A DNA stretch of 64,000 nucleotides, taken from NCBI RefSeq assembly GCF_032116555.1, contig NZ_CP134949.1, positions 2,914,001 to 2,978,000 on the forward strand, in the 5' to 3' direction. Source of the stretch: Halorarum halobium. GTDB lineage: Archaea > Halobacteriota > Halobacteria > Halobacteriales > Haloferacaceae. Under the pieces are notes generated by a model. The model saw only the letters and a list, made by a program, of their open reading frames with translations. It was not told the origin of the DNA and made no database searches. Position numbers and translations under genes: made by a program. This document shows, one piece after another, positions 59,538 through 64,000 of the stretch. Within the stretch, counting starts at the first letter, position 1; each line of letters starts with the position of its first letter.

Positions 59538-59926
59538 TTCAAACTGATCACAGGCCGCGACGACGACATCGAGGACATGAATGTGCTCGTACAGGCCGGC
59601 CTCGAGTACGACGTCGTCCGAGAAGAACTCGAAGCCCAGATCGAACGCCCGGGTGACGATTAGTTTGCCACGTTCGCGAACGAGGCCCTGGTCGAACTCG
59701 AGGAGCGGTACGGGGTGACCACGCCGATCGAGGGCCGCGTCCAGGAGCTCACGAATAGGTACTACCGGGGCTCGAAGTCCTCCAGGCACTCGACGAACCG
59801 ATGACTGTCGACGACCTGGCCGCCGAACTGGAGCTGGATACCGACGAGGTTCACGACAGGATCGCGTATCTCTCGGCGTTCGACCGGGTCCAACGAGAGG
59901 GCGACACAGTCCGTCCCGTGGAGTAG
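59538..59926 (+). pseudogene. C-terminal half of a DUF6036-like nucleotidyltransferase
   Basis: FKLITGRDDDIEDM (K...R..D..D motif) through to a wHTH-like tail; premature TAG at 59661 and a 1-nt deletion in the G run near 59770. Confidence 0.7.
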
Positions 59927-59937
59927 TCCGCTCACGA

Positions 59938-60225
59938 CTATGGGGAGGGAAGGCGGCCGTCTGGTCGGGGAACGCGGCCACGCTTGATCTCGTGATCGAC
60001 GCGACGCAGGTGCTTCCAACCGCCTTCTGGTGAGCGCTGCTGCCAGTCAGGGCAGGTACACGACTCGTCGATGACGTCGGCTTCGTACCTGTTGCCGGAC
60101 GCGGACTGTACCTCGTAGCGGCCACCTTTCGAGAGGAGCGAGACGTCCATCGCTTCGGCGACGGCACGCTTCGTGCGGGGCTCGAGATCGTCCTGTGACT
60201 CTGCGTTCTCGTCGACGACCAGTCG
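59938..60225 (-). pseudogene. SWIM zinc-finger protein of haloarchaeal plasmids, degenerate
   Basis: YEVQSASGNRY...CTCPDW...GGWKHLRRV (third Cys replaced by Trp); native start missing. Confidence 0.7.
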
Positions 60226-60341
60226 GTCGCGAACGTCGGCGTGTCCACACCCTCGACCCCGTCCGCATCGCGCTCGGCTGCCTGCTCGAATCCCTGTTCA
60301 TCCACCGAAACGACGTCACTGATGGCGTTCTCACTAGACAT
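60226..60341 (-). pseudogene. N-terminal stub of a haloarchaeal plasmid DNA-binding (RPA/OB-fold-type) protein
   Basis: MSSENAISDVVSVDEQGFEQAAERDADGVEGVDTPTF resembles, from recall, the VVSVDEQAFEQ...VVDETPEF N-terminus; fused out of frame to the SWIM remnant. Confidence 0.5.
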
Positions 60342-60410
60342 TGGTCTCACTACGACCGAAGGCGCTCACTCGGCGTCTTCGTTCGACACCACGACTCTCC
60401 AGCCGTGGCT

Positions 60411-60638
60411 CTCACACCGACCGACAGGTCCGCGCGCCGCTCGCGCCAGATGTCTGGTCACCCAGCCAGCACCGCGCGCCGACCCGCCCAGCGCGACCGT
60501 CCAGCGGAGTAAGCGCAGCGGGTGAGCCCGCGAACCCCTGGGCTTACCCGCTGGCGTCCAACCAGACGCCCGCACGCCCGGACTGGTCGGTGACGAGGGC
60601 GCGCTGGGCGGCAGCGGCGAGCGGGGCGTGCCGGTGAG
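60411..60638. repeat. Copy 2 (fuller) of the structured GC-rich non-coding element
   Basis: Nested inverted repeats 60484-60495/60600-60611 (12 bp perfect), 60496-60504/60583-60591, 60516-60529/60540-60553, 60553-60558/60565-60570; homologous to 24162-24292. Confidence 0.85.
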
Positions 60639-60798
60639 GATATCCTGTGTATCCTTGGGAGCTACAGACGACACAACGGGTATCGGCATCAAACCCCGAT
60701 CACCCAGTGCAGACGGTGGCACTGACACGAGGTGTCGCTGCCGCTTATCAGTAGTCCCCAAGAACAATCCATCATACCGATTCGCCGTGTAGATGGAG

Positions 60799-61845
60799 TT
60801 ATTCTGCGAGTGGGAGCTGGACAACGAAGACGGCGCCCATCGGCTCATTGTCTTCCGCCCAGATCTCGCCCCCGTATTCGGTGACAAGCGTGTCTACAAG
60901 GTAGAGGCCGATTCCTGTGCCAGGACTTCCGAGCCCTCGCTGCCCTTTGCCGAAAACGGTGTCTTTGTGATCGTCGGAAATTCCGGACCCGTTGTCGGCG
61001 ATTCGAACTTCAACCTCGTCGTCTCGGACCTCACACGAAACCTCGATATGAGGGGTATCCGCGTCATTGTGTTGGACAGCGTTGTTGAGGAGGTTCCGGA
61101 AGACCGAACTGAGCATACTGTTCGCAGCGACCTCCACATCAGGCGGGGGGGTTTCCAGGACGAACTCTGCCTCCGGGAAGGACTCCTCGCGAAGCGACAG
61201 CTCGGTTTCGAGGACTGAACCCAGTGGCACGGGTTCCACGGTAGGCGCTTCATCTGAGACAACCGTTTCCACGTACTCACGCGCGACCTCGGTCAGTTCA
61301 ACGACGTGTTCCCCGCTGGCAAGAATATTCTGCAGGTAGTCGCGGCCCTCGTCGTCGACGTGGTCTTCGAGCAGTTCTGCCCAGCCGAGTACGACCGCCA
61401 TATCGTTGCGGATATCGTGCCGAACGATCCGATTCAACAGTTCAAGCTCTTGCTCGCGACGTTTTTGATCCGTGATGTCGGTGGAGATACCGACGATCTC
61501 CGAGACGTTCCCCGCCTCATCTCGGAGGATAACTTGCCGAGTGAGCGTCCATCGGACCGAACCATCCGGGCGAACGATGCGCCCTTCATACTCGGTGTCA
61601 CGGAGTTCGCGGGTTGATTCCTCGATGTTTGCACGAACACGCTCTCGGTCGTCGGGGTGAATCGTCTCGATCAGTGTATTGATGTCGTCTTTGATTTCGT
61701 CGGGTGGGATCCCCCAGACCTCCTCGAATCCGGCACTGATGTACTCGAATTCCCCGGGCTCGGACGCTGTCCAGAGAGCCACGCCGTCGAGTTCATCGAA
61801 AAGCGACCGAAAATCACGATGATTACCAAGCGAGGAGTTGTTCAT
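60799..61845 (-). CDS. Soluble PAS-domain sensor histidine kinase
   Basis: PAS/PAC (IHPDDRERV, RPDGSVRW, DITDQK), H box RHDIRN, NLLNNAVQH, DNGSGI, GTGIGL. Confidence 0.92.
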   Translation of the reverse strand: MNNSSLGNHRDFRSLFDELDGVALWTASEPGEFEYISAGFEEVWGIPPDEIKDDINTLIETIHPDDRERVRANIEESTRELRDTEYEGRIVRPDGSVRWTLTRQVILRDEAGNVSEIVGISTDITDQKRREQELELLNRIVRHDIRNDMAVVLGWAELLEDHVDDEGRDYLQNILASGEHVVELTEVAREYVETVVSDEAPTVEPVPLGSVLETELSLREESFPEAEFVLETPPPDVEVAANSMLSSVFRNLLNNAVQHNDADTPHIEVSCEVRDDEVEVRIADNGSGISDDHKDTVFGKGQRGLGSPGTGIGLYLVDTLVTEYGGEIWAEDNEPMGAVFVVQLPLAE

Positions 61846-62231
61846 ACGGTTTCCTGTAGCCCAAATCGGATAAATTCTGGTTCGACTCTGTTGAAATCCT
61901 GTTGGTTCATCACTCTCCCGACTGAAACAGCCGCTGGGTAGACTTATGCTAGTGGTGAGGTGACATGAAACATGTCGATGTAAAATCGAACCGGTGAAAT
62001 TCGTGGTCTGGCTTTCGCTATCGTGATGGTCTATTTTCGGTCAACGTAATCAGTAGATTCACATGTGTACTTACCGATCATCCTCAGATCTGTCCCAGGT
62101 CGAGGGTTTCAACTGAGCTAAGTACATTTACCTACACTCTCGTGGAGGCACAACGGGATTTGATTGAATATGAGTCGGCACTGGCTGTACCGATCTAGAG
62201 GGTTAAGTCTGAGTAACGTCTCCTACTGCCT

Positions 62232-62906
62232 ATGACAGTGACTGCGGAACTCCTCGTCAGTTCCCCCTCGCTTCCGTTCGTTAGTTTCGCAGAATCGTTA
62301 CCGTCCAATCAGCTCGAATGTGAACACGGCCTGTGTCTCGGCGGGGACTCTCAGGTGTTCGTCGTCCATCTCGACCCAGCTGATGGTGTTACCGAAGACG
62401 ATCTCGTTGCTCTCGATGAAGTAGTCGGGACGACCCCCCTCGGACGCGAGAGTGGCAGGGACGTCTATCAGCTCGACGTCGAACTGGAGGATACTGTTTC
62501 GGAAGCGTTCGTTCCCGGACAGTTCGCGAAGGCTCAAACAGAACCGACGACCATCATCCCGGAGGGATGGTACGAAACGAAGATTTTTCGGGATTATGAG
62601 TCGCTCAATACTATGCGGAAGCATTGCGATGAGCACGACATCCGGGTCGATCTTCTCTCGATCACGCAGGACTCTCCGTCCCCGGACGAGCACTCACCGT
62701 ACGGGTTAACTGCCCGGCAATACGAGGCACTGGCGCTCGCTATCTCTCGCGGATACTACGATAATCCCCGACAGGCTACAGCCGGCGACCTGGCAGAGGA
62801 GATGGGTATTTCTCAACCCTCGATGTCGGACCTTCTTCGCCGAGGGGAGCGCCAGTTACTCACGTCGACGATCGGCACACAGCCACAGCAGACGTTCCAT
62901 ACGTGA
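62232..62906 (+). CDS. Bat-type (HTH_10) helix-turn-helix transcriptional regulator
   Basis: C-terminal GLTARQYEALALAISRGYYDNPRQATAGDLAEEMGISQPSMSDLLRRGE. Confidence 0.9.
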   Translation: MTVTAELLVSSPSLPFVSFAESLPSNQLECEHGLCLGGDSQVFVVHLDPADGVTEDDLVALDEVVGTTPLGRESGRDVYQLDVELEDTVSEAFVPGQFAKAQTEPTTIIPEGWYETKIFRDYESLNTMRKHCDEHDIRVDLLSITQDSPSPDEHSPYGLTARQYEALALAISRGYYDNPRQATAGDLAEEMGISQPSMSDLLRRGERQLLTSTIGTQPQQTFHT

Positions 62907-63045
62907 ACCACTCACTGAGTCTCTACTCGGATAGTGCTATCTAGTACGCACCATATGGAGTGTTCGGACTCGGCGAAGGGACTTAAATGGGGTTTTAGAA
63001 TAGCATCGAATCCAAATGGCGTGCGGTCTACATTCAACTGTAGAA

Positions 63046-63897
63046 ATGGAAACCGTCACGCTAAACAACGACGTGGAAATGCCGATCCTCGGATTCGGTA
63101 CGTACCAGATCAGGGATCTCGCAGTCTGTGAACGAAGCGTCTCCGACGCGCTCCGTACTGGGTATCGTCTCATCGATACGGCGGCCGGGTACGAGAACGA
63201 AGAGGCCGTCGGTAGAGCGATCGAAACGAGCGGTGTGGCGAGAGAGGACGTGTTCGTCACCACGAAGCTCTGGATACAGGACGCTGGCTACGAGAGCACG
63301 AAGCGGGCGTTTGAACGGTCACTCGATCGACTGGGACTGGACTATCTGGATCTGTATCTGATCCATCAGCCCTTCGGTGACGTTCATGGCTCATGGCAGG
63401 CAATGGAGGACCTCTACAACGAAAACAAGATTCGAGCGATCGGCGTTAGCAACTTCCACCCGGATCGCTTGATCGACCTGATCGTCCACAACGAGGTCGT
63501 CCCCGCAGTCAATCAGATCGAGACACACCCCTTCTACCAGCGGACCGAAGACGCTGAGTTCCTGAGCGAGCATGAAATTCAGCACGAGTCCTGGGGGCCA
63601 TTCGCTGAAGGACGGAACAACCTCTTCGAGAACGACGTGCTGGTTTCGATCGGCGAACAGTACGGCAAATCGGCTGCACAGGTCGTGCTTCGGTGGCTGA
63701 TACAGCGAGAAATTGTTGCGATTCCCAAGTCAGTCCATGCGGAGCGGATCGTCGAGAACTTCGATATCTTCGATTTCGAATTGAATAATGAAGATATGCA
63801 CACGGTCTTGGAGCTAAATGAGTCTGAATCTCTGTTTCCTGACCACCGAGATCCGGAATTCGTCAAACAACTGAGTGAAGTGGAGGCCAATACCTGA
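63046..63897 (+). CDS. Aldo/keto reductase (2,5-diketo-D-gluconate reductase-like)
   Basis: Start METVTL at 63046; [36 protein letters not shown]. Confidence 0.93.
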   Translation: METVTLNNDVEMPILGFGTYQIRDLAVCERSVSDALRTGYRLIDTAAGYENEEAVGRAIETSGVAREDVFVTTKLWIQDAGYESTKRAFERSLDRLGLDYLDLYLIHQPFGDVHGSWQAMEDLYNENKIRAIGVSNFHPDRLIDLIVHNEVVPAVNQIETHPFYQRTEDAEFLSEHEIQHESWGPFAEGRNNLFENDVLVSIGEQYGKSAAQVVLRWLIQREIVAIPKSVHAERIVENFDIFDFELNNEDMHTVLELNESESLFPDHRDPEFVKQLSEVEANT

Positions 63898-64000
63898 GCG
63901 CTCACGAGCGCCAACTCCCCCTCAGTTCCACCCAGTCCTCGGCTGCTTTCCGATCGGACCGACACTGACGTAGTGGCTGAATCGGATGCTGACAGCCGTC

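Noticed and set aside
59526..60350. 274-aa minus-strand ORF
   Set aside because: Chimeric read-through of an N-terminal stub into out-of-frame SWIM and antisense nucleotidyltransferase remnants
1..64000. CRISPR array, tRNA/rRNA, intact IS transposase or integrase
   Set aside because: No regularly spaced repeats, RNA-gene signatures or DDE/tyrosine-recombinase ORFs seen by eye; dedicated scans were not run

Overview
GC-rich DNA with acidic proteins, Tat-lipoprotein binding proteins and TATA-box leaderless genes, typical of a halophilic archaeon (Halobacteria), probably a megaplasmid or accessory island. Three catabolic modules are separated by decayed plasmid-backbone relics. (1) 0.1-6.6 kb: NitT/TauT-type ABC importer with an HpcH aldolase, a 2-hydroxyacid dehydrogenase and an MBL hydrolase. 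(2) 8.9-22.3 kb: Opp peptide importer with an S9 peptidase, an atypical TldD, two DAO-family flavoenzymes and an IclR regulator. (3) 25.3-54.3 kb: a plant-cell-wall sugar island, the main finding. It carries an apparent archaeal D-apionate pathway (ApnO-like oxidoisomerase, DUF1537 OiaK-like kinase, RuBisCO-like protein) next to a glycolate/lactate dehydrogenase-like FAD/Fe-S fusion and malate synthase AceB. It also has an oxidative L-rhamnose pathway, a GH78 rhamnosidase, a GH127-like cysteine glycosidase and a sugar ABC importer, consistent with use of RG-II, apiogalacturonan or apiosyl-glycoside fragments. The island is flanked by two complementary TFB gene fragments in permuted order and by two copies of a highly structured GC-rich non-coding element. 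At 57.6-60.6 kb a VapBC-type toxin-antitoxin pair sits inside a broken nucleotidyltransferase gene. No rRNA, tRNA, CRISPR array or intact transposase was seen. All family calls come from reading motifs by eye, not from database searches.
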